This document shows positions 40,422-55,590 of a stretch of 64,000 nucleotides of DNA, one piece after another (positions within the stretch are counted from its first letter, which is position 1; each line of letters starts with the position of its first letter). Position numbers and translations under genes: made by a program. The DNA comes from Octopus vulgaris (Eukaryota), in assembly GCA_951406725.2 (NCBI GenBank), contig OX597816.1, positions 122,884,001-122,948,000 of the forward strand, given 5' to 3'. The notes below the pieces were generated by a model. That model searched no databases. It was not told the origin of the DNA and was given only the letters and a program-made list of their open reading frames with translations.

Positions 40422-40797
40422 TGCCGTTCGTGACAGAACCATCCATTCGTGACCGTTGCCAGCGCCGCCCCGACTGGCCTCGTGCCAGTGGCACGTAAAA
40501 AGCACCATCCATTCGTGTCCATTGCCAGCCTCGCCTGGCCCCCGCGCCGGTGGCACATAAAAAGCACCATCCATTTGTGGCCGTTTGCCAGCTCTGTCTG
40601 GCACCTGTGTGGGTGGCACGTAAAAAGCACCCACTACACTCACGGAGTGGTTGGCGTTAGGAAGAGCATCCAGCCATAGAAACACTGCCAGATCTGACTA
40701 GGCCTGATGAAGCCTTCCGGCTTCACAGACCCCAGTTGAACCGTCCAACCCATGCTAGCATGGAAAACGGATGCTAAACGATGATGATGATGATGAC
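40422..40797 (+). mobile_element. RTE-tail SINE/LINE 3' end with internal tandem repeats of about 64 bp
   Basis: Three units of CCATCCATT.GTG.CC.TTGCCAGC...TGGCAC.TAAAAAGCA, then GGCGTTAGGAAGAGCATCCAGCC and a (GAT)n tail. Related copies at 41620-41840(-) and 53950-54220(-). Confidence 0.8.
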
Positions 40798-40881
40798 TGT
40801 AATCAGTTCATAAATATATATAATTGAATGTTTACAGTTTGAAGTTTGTCGATTGTTTATCCTCATCCATTTTCTTATTTG

Positions 40882-40939
<58 letters not shown>

Positions 40940-42377
40940 GTGTGTATTTGTGTGTGTGTATGTGTATGTGCATATATGTGTGTGTGTATGTGTGTTCTAA
41001 CACCTGTCTTTAAGTAATCACTTCCTGCTTGATAGTTAAACTGTAATTGTTCATAAAAATTATTTTGTGCATTTTGTCTTTTGACTAGCATGTTACAATT
41101 TATTTTATTCTATACTATATTATTATTTTTCTTTTATTTAATATCCTGAGGAAATTTATTGCACAAATAAATTTTCCTCTGGCTAATTAGGATGTTTTCA
41201 TTTTACACGTAGAGCACAATGTAAATTAAATTAGGGTTTCAAAAAGTTTTTTTCCCCCCTATTTCTTTAATTGAAATTTAAATTATAATGTAATATTAAT
41301 TAACTCTGTCAGGTTCAAACCATATTTTATTTTTGAAAACTGGAGTTAATGATAATAAAAATGGACCTGGAAATGATGATGATATTGAAGATGAAGTGGG
41401 TTACTAGTCTGTTGGGGTTGTTATGGTAAGGATTATAATAACAGTGATATTGATGCAACCACCACCTCTCATGATGATAACAACTACGATGACAACAATG
41501 ACAACGTTGGTGATACTTTAGTTAAGATATAATGACACTGGTGGTTGTACTAAGGGAGGTAAATAATGAAAATGATATTTGTAACAATGATCATCATAAT
41601 CATCATCATCATTATTATCATCATCGTTTAATGACCTTTCTCTATGCTGGCATGGGGTAAATGATTTGACTGGGGCTGATGAGCTGGCGAGTTTGGCATG
41701 GCTTCTATAGCTGGATGCCCTTCCTAACACCAACCACTCAGGAGTGTAATGGGTGCTTTTATGCGCCACCAGTATTGGTGCCATTTACACGACACTAGCA
41801 ATGACCATGCCTTTGATTGATGGATGGGTGCCATTTACATGCATTTTTTTCCTTTCTTTTCTTTTTGGATTTTACATATTTAGTTTAGCAGAAGGGACAG
41901 TACTCATGGTCTTTGCAGTCTCTTGAAGACTAATAAAACTGAACTGTTAACTTCCTGCCTAGACTGCTGCAAGTCATCAACTGCAGGAAAGAAGAGGAAA
42001 TTTCAGAGAGATGTTATTCTGGGAGGAAAGATAGAGTATAAGGATTAGTGCAGGATGAGATGTTGACACAATATGGATGATGATGGGAAAAGAGACGAGT
42101 GTGTCTAGAGTACTTGAGATGTCATGAGAACACCATCTTAGTGGAATGGATGCTGTTGTAGTTGGAAATGATAAGGCAGAGAGAGGAGATAGCTTATATG
42201 TGGACCACAGGTCTAAGTGCTTTTGTGGGAGAATTTATGCCATTTAGTCAAGTAGCACTTCTTTGGACATTGACATTTATTGAATACAAGACAGAATTTT
42301 GCAAAAAAAAAAAAGGATTTTAACTTAATGCATATAACCTGTGGTAAATTTTCAGAGTAGTTCAATTCCTCTGAGAA

Positions 42378-42545
42378 CATCCATGCATCCATCCATTATT
42401 CTATCCATCCATCCATCCATCCATCCCTCCATCCATCCATCTCTCCATCTATCCATCCATCCATCCATCCATCCCTCTATCCATCCATCTCTCCATCCAT
42501 CCATCCATCCATCCATACATACGTACATACATACATACATACATA
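42378..42545. repeat. (ATCC)n/(ATAC)n microsatellite
   Basis: Read directly from the sequence. Confidence 0.95.
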
Positions 42546-43174
42546 GATGCACTGCATTTTTAATATTCACATCAAAATACCATCTCACATTCCATATTTG
42601 CCATCCACCTCTACAACCAAATCACGTCAATATCCAGTTTAATTGCCAACACTATTTTCAGTCTCTCAATGCTGCAGTTAGATATTCAGCATAAAACCCT
42701 CATTGATTCTATCATCACCATCACCATCATCAACAACAACAACAACAGCAACAGCAGCATCAGAAGCAACATATTACATCATTAACACTAACACAACTAC
42801 CTCTACACCATAATTTTCTCTGTCCTCTTATATTTATTATAGAACAAATAAACTTTCATATAAAATCATACTTCTAAAAGTATTTTTTATATAAAATCAT
42901 ACTTCTAACATGATTGCTATCATATCTTTATATCTTCCTAAACATTCCTCAGTTGAAATAAATAAGTAACTAAATAAATAAATGATTGAATAAGTTAATT
43001 CAGAGTCTTTCATTCTGTACTGATAAATGAATATACTGAAAACTAACCAGAAATAGGTTTCCACAAAAGAAGCAACATTAAAGTAAGAGTCAAAGAATTT
43101 TTTCCTCAGCAAGCATTAAAACACATTCAGCAATTCCAGAATTTGGTTTTGAGATATGGAAATGTTAAAGGTAA

Positions 43175-43570
<396 letters not shown>

Positions 43571-43725
43571 ATTCATCAAGCCCATGTTGAATTGAATAAA
43601 GCAAGTCACCAATGGATTATCATAAATATAAAACACATTTCAAACAATAATTTTGTTTGACATCACAAATTTTACGTGTGCTTCTACCTGTTTGTATATG
43701 GATGTAAGTTTGTGTGAATGTGTAG

Positions 43726-43794
<69 letters not shown>

Positions 43795-44672
43795 AGAAAG
43801 AAAAATGATGAGTTGTGTTTATACAAGTTTAGATATAAGATATGCATTTCAATGATCATGTTTGTTTGGCTATTGCTTGTGACAAATGCATCTGCATGAA
43901 TGTGGCTGTGTACATTAATGTTGTATCACATGCTACTGACAGAACAGAAGAAACAGGAAAGTAAATAATTTGAACGTTTAGATAAATAAACTAAGGAAAT
44001 ATCTTCTGAATAGATAGTAATTTGTGAAATCAAGGAAACAATAAAAGAAAAGAAAACAAAGAGAAAAAGCAGAGAGAAAAAGAAGAAAACACATGTTAAG
44101 CAAGTTAATTGGCTGATATGATGTCAAGTCCTCAAAATATAATGATTACTGTATTTTTTTACTTGCTATAAAATGTAATAAGTAAACGTACACATGTTGC
44201 TGAATATATTTTAAACAATTTTGAATTTATGTAGAACGTGAGGTGATTGACACTGGCAAAGAGGATTAGATTTATGAATAAGAATGAGTTTAAGAAAGCT
44301 GTTAATGTAGTACATGCATGGAAAACTATACATTTTGTGACAACAGTTAATAAGCATCAGTGGATATTAAGTTACCAGATCACTAAAAATTCATATAAAC
44401 TTATTGTTGACTGCATTGGTTTAGTATGCTTCATCTTAATCAAGCAAACAGATTTTCCAAATATTAATGCTAACATGCTGTTTACTATTATGAAATCATT
44501 CAATCTAGGGTAGATTATAGGGATCTTAAGGTGCAGAAATGATAAGTAATTCAATTTATTTATTGTGGGAGGTTCAAAGGTACAATTGATCTATGGGGAC
44601 TTGAACTCAGCTTATAAAAAACTGTAACTTAATGAAGGTATCTTATTCAATGCATATATATATATATATGTG

Positions 44673-44961
44673 TGGAGGCGCAATGGCCCAGTGATTAGGG
44701 CAGCGGACTCACAGTCGTGGGATCGTGGTTTCAATTCCCAGACCAGGCGTTGTGAGTGTTTATTGAGCAAAAACACCTACAGCTCCATGCGGCTCCAGCA
44801 GGGAGTGGTGGTGATCCCTGCTGTACTCTTTCGCCGCAACTTTCTCTCACTCTTTCTTCTGTTGGCCTGCTCGCTTAGCCAGTGGGGTGGCATCATTTGA
44901 AGGCTAAAACTATGCAAAGCACATTGTGACCAGCAATGTGTAGCGATGGTCGGTCATGTGA
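44673..44961 (+). mobile_element. tRNA-SINE inserted in (TA)n
   Basis: TGGCCCAGTGA A-box, GGTTTCAATTCC B-box and (TA)n on both flanks. Confidence 0.75.
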
Positions 44962-45311
44962 TATATATATATATATTCTGATTATTACATTAAGGGCTGT
45001 TGCTATAAGTAAAGCCACATGCTGGAAAGAGATGCTAAAGTCCAACTACTTTATCAAAACACACATGCTGAAGTTGAGGAAATGAATGCTGGTTACTTGA
45101 TAAAATCTTACATAAATTTTATCCTTATATTTAATTGATATATATATATATCAACAAATAACAACAAATGGATGGTGGTTCACAACAGGCGTTTCAGACA
45201 TGTTTTTTATTGATTATCTGAAGTGTTATATTGTGCAGGTGAATACAGATGAGAATTAAACATTTTGAACTACTGAAGAACAAGTACATAGTGCCATATG
45301 ACTCTACCAAC

Positions 45312-45353
<42 letters not shown>

Positions 45354-47430
45354 ATCCCATATTAACATAGATAATCAGATGAAAATTATTTTAATACAAA
45401 ACAACACTTTTACTACTACAGTATGTGTAGATTAGCAAATTTGTCTTACATTTTATCATTAGAAATCTAATTCTTACTTTTACATAAAATTATGTATATA
45501 CGTATTCCATGTACAAAGCTATCTCTTTTATGATAAGGTAAGAAAGGGAGACATAGTATATAATTTTATTAGGAGGATAAAAGAAATCATGTAGAATAGC
45601 CTGAAATACATCATGTGATATATGAAATGTATGAGAAAAATATACTGTTACAGTTGAGCTATAGAAAACATCAGATAAAACAAATTACATATTACAGCAA
45701 AATACTAAAGAAACTGAATCTTTTTTTCACATGTTGTGGAAGATTCTATTTTAGAAGCACTAAAATTACATACTGTAAATAGATGGGAGTTAACTAACTT
45801 CAAAGTAATATGATGATTCGTTAATGTTTAGTATATGTAAGTATAATTTCAAATCTTTTATTGTGTATGTATATCATCATCATTTTACATTAATTTTCCC
45901 ATGTTAACATGAGTTAGATGGAATTTAGTGAGGTAGATTTTTCTATGGCCAGATACCTTTCCAATCAACAACCATCCCCTGTTTCCAAATAATATAATAT
46001 TTCCCATGATCAGATATGTCTCGGGAGATTGGAAATGAAGGACATCTGTTTGCTTACACCTGTTACAAATTATCAAAGCAAAAAGACAATAACACACACA
46101 CACACTCATACATATTCTTTTATTTTTTTACTTGTTTCAGTTATTTAACTACAGCCATGCTGGAGCACTGTTTTGTAGGGATTTAGTAGAACAAATCAAC
46201 CTCAAGATTTATTTTTCAAGCCTAGTACTTATTCTGTTGATCTCTTTTGCCATACTGCCTAGTTATGGGGATGTAAGCATACCAACACCAGTTGTCAAGT
46301 AGTGATGTGAGGACAAGCACAGGCACAAAGACACAATCCCCCCACCACACACACACACATATATGACAGGCTTCTTTCAGTTTCTGTGTCTCGAATCCAC
46401 TCACAAGGCTGTGGCTGGCTATAGTAGAAGACACTTGCTCAAGGTGCCCTACAGCAGGACTGAACCTGGAACCATTGGGAAGCAAGCTACTTACAACATA
46501 GTGATGTCTGTACCTATATATCTATCTATCTATCTATTTATCTATCTATTTATATATATATATCTATATATATATATGTATATATATGTACACAAACACA
46601 CGCACACACACGCAACAATACATGTATGTATCTGTCTGTCTGTCTATCTCTCTCTCTCTTCATATATGTGTGTGTGTCACTATTTCAAATGCTACACCTT
46701 TAATCCTTTATTAAAACCATACACAAAACTCTTGAAGTCTGTATTTTAGGGAAAAAACGTTCCATTCATGCACACATATGAAAACATTCATAGCTAATAA
46801 GATTATTTTATCTTCAAAACAAAACATTGCTGATTCTAAAATAGAAATGAATATTCAAATGGTATTTTTAACTGTTTCCCTTATATGTCTGTCATGCTAC
46901 AAAAGGAAACTTAATTCTTAAAATGTTGAATTTTTTTCTGATTGCTGGAAGGAGGTATTTTACAAATGAATTCTCTTCTATACAAGTGAGTTAAAAAGGA
47001 AATGAACATTCTCGCTGTATTTTCTCATTTAGATTCAGGGCACAATTAATCGTTGATGCAAAAAGACTGGAAAATGTTAGTTACATACTTTAATAATCTA
47101 GAATATATTTCAAATGACTTGAACCAAGCATCCAGTTCATTAATATTATACAAATTACACTTTGCTGTCAAATAAATTTCAAAATTGCTTGCTTGCTTAA
47201 GGATAACTGTAATTTAAACTGCATAGAATGACTAATAACTGCTTATAGCAAATATATTTATGCATATGGTTCTAGGTAGATGTGTGTGTAATCAGCACTT
47301 TAAATTCATATATCATCCATTGCTTGCACTGATAGTTAAGTATGCCAGTGTCCATAAATTGGAATTTGTGAAGAAAGGAACATATGTTCAAAAGTTAAAA
47401 TTTTGTTGAAGTAACTGTCTTGTGTTTCTT

Positions 47431-47893
47431 ATTTCTTTATCGCCCACAAGGGGCTAAATATAGAGGGGACAAACAAGGACAGACAAAGGGATTAAGTCGA
47501 TTACATCAACCCCAGTGCGTAACTGGTACTTAATTTATCGACCCCCAAAAGGATGAAAGGCAAAGTTGACCTTGGCGGAATTTGAACTCAGAACGTAACA
47601 GCAGACAAAATACAGCTACGCATTTCGCCCGACATGCTAACATTTCTGCCAGCTTGCTGCCCTCCTATTTCTTTACTTCCCACAAGGGGCTAAACACAGA
47701 GAGGACAAACAAGGTCAGACAAACGGATTAAGTCGATTATATCGACCCCAGTGCGTAACTGATACTTAATTTATCGACCCCGAAAAGATGAAAGGCAAAG
47801 TCAACCTCGGAGGAATTTGAACTCAGAACGTAATGGCAGACGAAATACTGCTAAGCATTTTGCCCGGTGTGATAACATGTCTGCCAGCTCGCC
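47431..47893 (-). mobile_element. Tandem SINE dimer with 18-bp target-site duplication
   Basis: Two units of about 230 bp, flanked by AACTGTCTTGTGTTTCTT (47413-47430) and AACTGTCTTATGTTTCTT (47894-47911). Confidence 0.85.
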
Positions 47894-48839
47894 AACTGTC
47901 TTATGTTTCTTGGTTAGATGCATTACTGTTTTGTGAAACTCTAGTTGAAATTGGATTCTATTTTTCCTATATAGTACAAGATATAATAATATTACTTAAT
48001 AGTAGTACTTAATGTTTGTGAATGTATGCATTTATTTATTCAGCTGTATATATATGTTGGATTGAATGCATATACAGACAATGATGCTGTCAAAATTGTT
48101 TGCATGATTTTTGCGTGTGACAATATGTGTTTGTGAGTATATTTCAGTAACTATACTATTGTTTCATATTAGTATCAAAGTAATATAAGCAATCATTAGT
48201 AGACACAAAATAAAGATAGTTCGGTTGAAATAACAACTGTATGTATATCTCCTACACACATTCTGGCAAGTTTGATATGTGATACTATCATAAGTCATAC
48301 AAACATATATACACATACATGTATGTGTGCTCATGTGAGTAAATGAATAACAAATGAAAAATATTACCAAGTAAAAAATGTGTTGCCATAAAGAGGGTCT
48401 TGAACATTAACATTGTCAGACAATATCATCATGACATGACAAAACTAATTCTAAAAACAAAATACAAACTCAGAACAATGAACGAGACAGATTATAGCAT
48501 TTCAGTCATCAGAAGTTACTATTTATAAATGGTGTCTTTTAATATTGAAAATGTAAAATTCCCTGCTAGTGTACTCATTGAACTCCTGTTAAAGCCACAT
48601 CAAATAGGGTACAATTATTACCACCAAACTATTTTAGGTTGCAAGAAAGACTAATCCTGAAAATAAGGGACATCATCATCTCAAAAGTTATTCTAGTCAA
48701 CAATGAAAAAATATTGTCTGAATAACAGATTTAAGTATATCAACTTTCGAGAAAAGAATGGCAAGTATTATACTCTAGAGGAATTACTGGGAGATATTTA
48801 GTAACAATCAAGTGCACCAAAGATTATTTAAAATCTGGT

Positions 48840-49067
48840 TTAACCCTTTCATTACTGTATTTATTTTGAGATGCTCTGTGTTTCTTTCAATTACTTTAAA
48901 TATAACAAAGAATTTAGTAAAATAACTTAGTTACCATTGAGCTGGTATTAGGAACATAAATTGTGACTAAGGTTTGGTGGAAGATTTTAATTCAAAACTT
49001 ATGAAAACAAGACATTTGTACTCAGAGCCAGAGCTGGTTTCAGCCGGGTTGGTAATGAAAAGGTTAA
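48840..49067. mobile_element. piggyBac-like MITE with TTAA TSD
   Basis: TTAA-CCCTTTCATTAC...GTAATGAAAAGG-TTAA; a second, inverted copy lies at 56833-57033. Confidence 0.8.
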
Positions 49068-50699
49068 AAGATTGTAGGTTTTGAAGAATTGTCCATAAAT
49101 ATTCTCTTTCTGAATGACTTGGAAAAAGTATCAATTTCTTTTTTTGACAACTGTAGTCAAGAAAATTACATCACTTTTCTGTCCTAACGATATTAGGTCT
49201 CTAATATTTGTATTTGGCTGAAGTTTGAATTGGAATGTTCAAACTAATAATCTTACTGTGTCGAAGTATATAAATTTATTCAACATCAGTAATAGTTTGA
49301 TGTTTCTCTCATAGCAGGCTTTCCTACAAATGGTATTTGACTGTTCATTTAATAACATCAACACTTTGCATGGGGAGGTAAAACCATAATGAAATTTTAG
49401 GGAAGTAGCTGAATTCATTATTAATATCTTCCATAGATGTATGAAATAATTCACATTTTCAGTCGCTTCCTGAGAGGTTGCACTGCTTTAGTTCAACACA
49501 TATTTTGCTGCTGTCTTTTGAATTGCAAATGTGTGGTTTTCAAAATGTGATGTAATATAATGGTCATAAGTCCAAGTGAGGCTACACATTTTAATATTTG
49601 CATAATTCACAAGTTTATAGGAACGTTAACATTTATTGTTATGAAAAGTGTTTCCCTTTCGTTTGTTGAGTTATGTTTGTCCAGCATGGGACATCATCAG
49701 AGAATGAGTACTTCTTGAGAAATTCCTTACCAACCTGTACAATGTTCTCTTAACTTCTGAACATTTAGTTGACTTCATTCTACTACTGTTCTTTAGCAAA
49801 TGCTATTTATATGATACTTTGTCCCGATTTTATCCTGACTAATCCTTATTTTTTATCTTACTATATTTTCATATATTTTGATACAATCTGTTCCTATTAC
49901 TACTTCAATGGAGTCTGCAAATTAGTGTCATGTTTTTGCTAGTTTAATATCAGCAAAGTACAGTGCATTGTAAGATATATTTTTCTTTTGCAAGATGCAA
50001 GTTCTGACAGAATATCTTCAAAGCTCTTCAGTCTCTCTCTATTCAATCATATTTCTATAATTTTTTTGTGACTACTAAGGTACTTGTAGTCATTAATTTG
50101 CTACTTTATCATGCAGTCAGAGGGGAGAGGAAGACCATTTTCGGTTTTGGAAGCAATTTTACCATGTTTAAATATCATTTCTTTGAGCTGTATTCCATCC
50201 ATATATCAGCTAGATTGAAAATCTTAAGTCCAGTTGTTTCTCAATGCAATATGTATTTCTAGGGTAATGATCTTTAGATAATCAGCAAAGAAATTATGGC
50301 TTATGTTTGTATGTGTTGCTGTTGTAAATCTTAGCTTATTGTGTAAAAGCCCAGCAAACCTCAGCACATAGTGCAAATAATATTTCTTTGAAAATGAAAT
50401 ACCAGTGAATATTGTTTCAAAATAAAAATACATACAAAATAAATCATTGAAATATTCCATTTGAAAGAGTTTTAACAGCAGACAACACACTCATTATGCA
50501 TTCAAGTAATAAGAGCAGAGTGTTCTCGACCAGGCCTTGGTGAGTATTTTAATGACATCAAAGAAAGAATGGGGCACAGGTACAGTTGTAAAATGCAATA
50601 ATTTCAGGTGTGAATAGTTAAATTCTTATCTGTAATCAAGAGACACTTTCACAAGATTTCCCCAGCTTTGTCTTTAATTTCAATTGCACAGTGTTTTTA

Positions 50700-52080
50700 A
50701 AATAAAAATGTGTCTTAGAGTTAACCTAGCAAAAACCAAAGCCTTAGTAAGTAGGAAGGCAGACAAATCACAAGTACCTTCATGTAGATGGCCCTGCTCA
50801 ATCTGTAGAAAAGGCGTAGGTAGTAACTCTGTAAGATTAACCAAGTGTAAGCTTTGGACACAAAGAAGGTGCAGTAATATCAGGAAAGTTAACTGGGGAA
50901 ATAACTTTTGTGTGTGGAAGATGCACAGGTACAATAAACACCAAAAATAGAAAATAGACTCCATCAACTGCCATGAGAGTAAACTAGAGGTAGAGATAGC
51001 TTTTGTTACCTAGATGTTCAAGTTAGTAGTGGAGGTGGATACTCTGAGCATACAGCTGTAAGAATAAGATTAGGCTGCACAAAGTTTAGAGAGCTCCTGC
51101 CACTGCTGGCAACAAAGGGCTTCTCTTTCTGAGTGAAAGGTAGATTGAATGATGCCTGTGTGCAAACAGCTATGCTATATGACAGTAAAACATGGGTTGT
51201 GACAGCCTAGGACATGCATAGGCTTGAAAGAAATGAAGTCAGTATGCTTCACCGGATGTGCAATGTCAGTGTGTATGTTTGACAGTGTAAGCGTCTTGAG
51301 AGAAAAGTTAGGCATAAGAGGCATGGGATGTGGTGTGTAAGAGAAACAAATGTGCTGGTGTGGTCATATGATGCGTATGATTGAGAACAGCTGTGTAAAA
51401 GTGCTGATCTCTCACAGTGGAAGGAACCTGTGGTAGAAGTAGACTCAGGAAGACATGGGATGAGGTGGTGAAGCATGACTAGTGACTAAAATCTTTGGTG
51501 ATATGCTGTGCTTGAGAAGACCCATCAAGCCAAGTGTAATCATAGTTGTGACTGATGCTAGTGTCACGTAACTGATATCTATGCAGGTGGAACGTAAAAT
51601 GTGCTTTTCAAGGAATCAGCATCACAGAGGCAAAGTGATTGAGCTCCTTTCGAGTGTTGGGTCTCACAGAGAATATGACTGAGACCTTTGGCATTATGTT
51701 CTGCTTGAAAAGAAGACCCATCAAGCCAAGTAAAATTGCAGTCAAAGCATATACTGGTGTCACACAAATGACACTTGTGCCAGAGGTGCATAAAAGCACT
51801 TTTCAGGTGTTGGGGCCTCACGGAGGAAAGGACCGAGTCCAGTTGGCATTATGCTGTGCTTGAGAAGAAGATCCATCAAGCAAAGTAAAACTGCAGTGAT
51901 GGCAGATACTGGTGTGATGCAAATGGCATGTAAAAACACAATTACACTCTCAGAGTGGTCGGTATTAGGAAGGGCATCCAGTCATAGAAATCAAGCTAAA
52001 ACAGACTGGTGCCTGGTGCAGCCTTCCAGCTTGCCAGCTCTGATCAAACTGTCCAACCCATGCTGATGATGATGATGGTG
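50700..52080 (+). pseudogene. RTE LINE 3' half with Cys-rich insertion and repeated 3' UTR
   Basis: LRVNLAKTK, WPCSICRKGVGSNS..CKLW..RCS, KFRELLPLL, LERNE.SML, G.CGR.RLRKTWDEVVKHD; three units of TGCTTGAGAAGACCCATCAAGC-like sequence; (GAT)n tail. Confidence 0.85.
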
Positions 52081-54837
52081 ATGTTTTGGCTCATATTCTT
52101 GCTTGCTTCTTCCCACCGTCCTGCTCATCAATTACTACTTGATAAGGTTTGTTATCTTGAAGAATTTATCAAAACAGTAGAAACTCTGCCAGATCAAATT
52201 GGTACAGCCATCTAGCTCACCAGTCCTCAGTCAAACCGTCCAACCCATGCCAGCAAGGAAAGCAGACGTTAAATGATGATGATGAGGAGGAGGATGACAT
52301 TGGAATGACTTTCTCTAAAATGTCAACCAATATCCAACTATTATTGTTAAACTGATGCCTTCTCATTTTCCATCTTCCCACAGCTTCTGTAAACATTTCA
52401 TATTTCATATTTCATGATTTTCTATTTGAGTTGAAATAGTTTTCTATCATGAGAATATTCATTCATGGTACATTAAGGTTGAAATCCTTAATTTTATTTT
52501 ATATATAAGATGAAAATAATTTTTGACTTTCCCGAATTTGACCTCTGTTTTATTTCATCTTTCTGTGTACAATTATGGGAAAGAAACAAACTTATGATAA
52601 ATTCTGACTCATTGGTGTAACTTTATTTCTTTTCTTTTTCTTTTTAATAAATGAGTTTCAACCTCATTGCCTTGAGTGCATGCTTTGAAATTATTAACTT
52701 CTCTTCAAACTTGGAACATATTAAATTTCTTCCTACAGTAGTCAGATCTTCATAAGATGTGGTGCCTATGAACTTATTCATCTTACACCTTACAATGACA
52801 TCTAAATATTTGATTCTGTTGTGGAGCAACCTGGTGATACTTTCCTCTGGATTCATAATCTACATAGGTTCCTTACATTAAATTATTTAATTACTAGATA
52901 TGCTGCAGTTATTTCCTAGTTCTTTTAGGATTGTATCTTCTTGATTTTCCATACATGTTGCAACAATATCTAACAATAACATCAATAACTTTTTATATGA
53001 GAATGGTTGAGTTTTGTTTTTTTCTACATTCTGTTATCTAATGATAACCGAGGAAAAGAGGAAAAATTATTCTGAAAGTATGGTTTTAAAGTGTTTTTTT
53101 AATGTAAATAGCACATCGCTTGGTAAATGCCCAACAACTCACTTCCTTGCTATAGTACTATAGTTACTATCATATCACTACATTTCTGTCTGTTAGATAA
53201 TTTTCAAGCAGATATTTGAGTGATGGTGATGCTGATATCAGCTACTTATTTTCGTTTAAACTGTTTTCTTCTATGAGAGCTTGTGGGTGGTTTTGGATAT
53301 TTTTGAAACTTCACTCATATCACAGGAGGGGTATTAGCAAATAATACCAGGAACATGTTTTTATTTTTGATACCAAATGATGTAAAGTAGTTCAAATGTG
53401 TATTTTATCCTGGTAGTTATTTAAATGTTTCATATTATCAATACGAGGAATTTTACAGACACTCTAATAGCACCGTAGTGAATATAGGTTTAGAAGTGAA
53501 GATCAAATTAAGCTGATTGAATACTTACACCATCTTAGACAATTTACTTATTTGGTGGTATGTTGTTTATGGAATTGCTGTTGTTGTTAACAATGTCATA
53601 CTAGGACAAAGTGAAATTTCCCTATCTAAGAAGTATTTTATATAATATTGATTTGTGTTTGAGAAATTAGGAGTTTTTCATACAAAGCTAAAAGTATCTT
53701 AACATTTTTACTGCGATTTTTTGATCACTAAAAATGTAGGGGAAACATTAAAATAAAAGTTCATTTTAATGATCTTTGGTGCCTGAATATCTTTTGATGA
53801 TGACAAAAGCTTGATATATTCTGCAGTGTAGTCTGATTAATAAGCTACAGGATAATTATATCATTTGGTGTATGTATATATGTGTGTGTGTGTGTGTATT
53901 TGTGTGTGTGTGTGTGTGTGTGCGTGTGCTTGCATGTGTGTGTATGTTTTCATCATCATAATCATCATCGTTTAATGCCTGCTTTTTATGCTGGCATGGG
54001 TTGGACAGTTTGACTGAGGATTGGTAAGCCAGGAGGCTGCACTAGGCTCCAATCTGATCCAGCAAGGCTTCTACAGCTGGATGCCCTTCCTAACACCAAC
54101 CACTCCAAGAGTGTAGTGGGTACCTTTTACGTACCACCAGCATGGGGCCCAGTCAGGTGGCACTGGCATCAACCATGTGCGAATGTTCTTTTACATGCCA
54201 CCACCATGGGAGCCAGTCAGGTAGCATGTATGTATATAAACACATATACATACACAACATACTAACATATATACATCACATTCTGAGGAATCCCTTTAAA
54301 TTAGTACTGTGGTTTTACATTTCAATCACATTTTGGTGCCAAGGAAAAGTGCCATCTATTAGAGCCATGATAGAAACAATGTTTTTTTTTAAGTGTTTAT
54401 GTAAAATTTGACAAAAATCTTGGTGAAGCCTCTTGGGGGAGTCATGGTGTGTGTGTGCATGCACACACATGCACTAAAGTATTTGGGAATAAATTTGAAA
54501 TCTAAGCCTTTTTAATAAACATACAATCTTTGCCTATCTTTGGAAAATGAATGAAGTGATTACATCTCAGGTGCTATCTCTCCATGGTCAGAAAAATTTG
54601 AGAAGTCAGTCTGATTAGTTTCTGGTCTTATTAGATCTTCATCACAAAAAAATATCCTTCTGTCTACTGAGAAACTGTTTGGCACATATTCTTGCATGCT
54701 TCTTACCACTGACCTGCTCATCAGTTATTACTTGATAAGGCTTCATCAAAGTAAAAATATCCACTTTCTATCTGCTGAGAAATTAGTAGATTTTATTTTA
54801 AATCTCTGAGTGAGAGATATACAGTAACAGTATGAAA

Positions 54838-55260
54838 TAGTACTATTTATATGCCAACAGAACGTAGCAGTCCTATAAAGGATGATGTTACTTTTGCTAT
54901 AGCCCCAGGAAAGCATCGTCTCCAGCTGGCTATTGACACACTGTTTGTGTCCGTATAGCATTTGCAAGGGAGGTTATTGCTCTCATCTCTAGCCTTACAT
55001 GATACTCACAGACCCGTGTTTCTAAGTGGTTACAGGCTATGTGATCATCTCACACGGAGGACAGGTAACCACCTAGAAACCTGGGTCTGTGAGTATCGCA
55101 TAAGGTTAGAGATGGGAGTGATGACCTCCTTTGCAAATGCTATATGGACACAAACTGTGTGTTGGTAGCCAGCTCGAAAATATGTTTTCCTGGGGCTATA
55201 ACAACAGTAAAATCGTCCTTTATAAGACCGTCACATTTTGTTGGCATATAAACATTACTA
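54838..55260. mobile_element. Palindromic MITE-like hairpin, 188-bp arms and 31-nt loop
   Basis: 54846-55033 vs the reverse complement of 55065-55252: equal length, roughly 83% identity by manual alignment, mostly transitions. Confidence 0.85.
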
Positions 55261-55418
55261 GTAGATTTTAGTTTACCAGAAGAAGCACTGGAGCTTTTGC
55301 TATATATTTAGCTTCATCCCTAATAGCAATGACAACAGCTTCTTTTATGTTTATTAAATACATTTTTTCTTACATTATTTATATTCGACTGATATTTGTC
55401 CTCATCTTGTTTGTTATT

Positions 55419-55464
55419 AACACAACGTTTCAGCTGATATACTCTCCAGCCTTCTTCAGGTGTC
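55419..55464 (-). ncRNA. Hammerhead ribozyme motif (left arm)
   Basis: GACAC-CUGAAGA-AGGCUGG...UCAGCU-GAAA-C-GUU-GUGUU. Confidence 0.75.
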
Positions 55465-55517
55465 TTGGGGAAATTTCGAACCTGGGCTCTCATTCCTAAG
55501 GCATTTTTTTGATGTTG

Positions 55518-55566
<49 letters not shown>

Positions 55567-55590
55567 CATTATCATTGTTGTTATCGTTCT

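Noticed and set aside
40422-40630. CRISPR-like repeat-spacer appearance (also 51500-51900)
   Set aside because: Degenerate tandem repeats of a retroelement 3' UTR; the spacers are homologous, there are no cas genes, and the context is eukaryotic.
40703-40725. CTGATGA followed by hairpin GAAGCC/GGCTTC
   Set aside because: No GAAA or stem III; the homologous tail at about 52013 reads CTGGTGCAGCC, so the match is coincidental.
41146-41180. CTGAGGA plus hairpin
   Set aside because: No downstream GAAA/NUH; a simple AT-rich hairpin.
49200-50480. Possible hAT transposase remnant on the minus strand
   Set aside because: Only vague motif echoes; too decayed to support without a profile search.
52600-53020. 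Possible upstream part of the R4-like element at 32.9-33.2 kb
   Set aside because: CCHC motif not recoverable; the link is unsupported.
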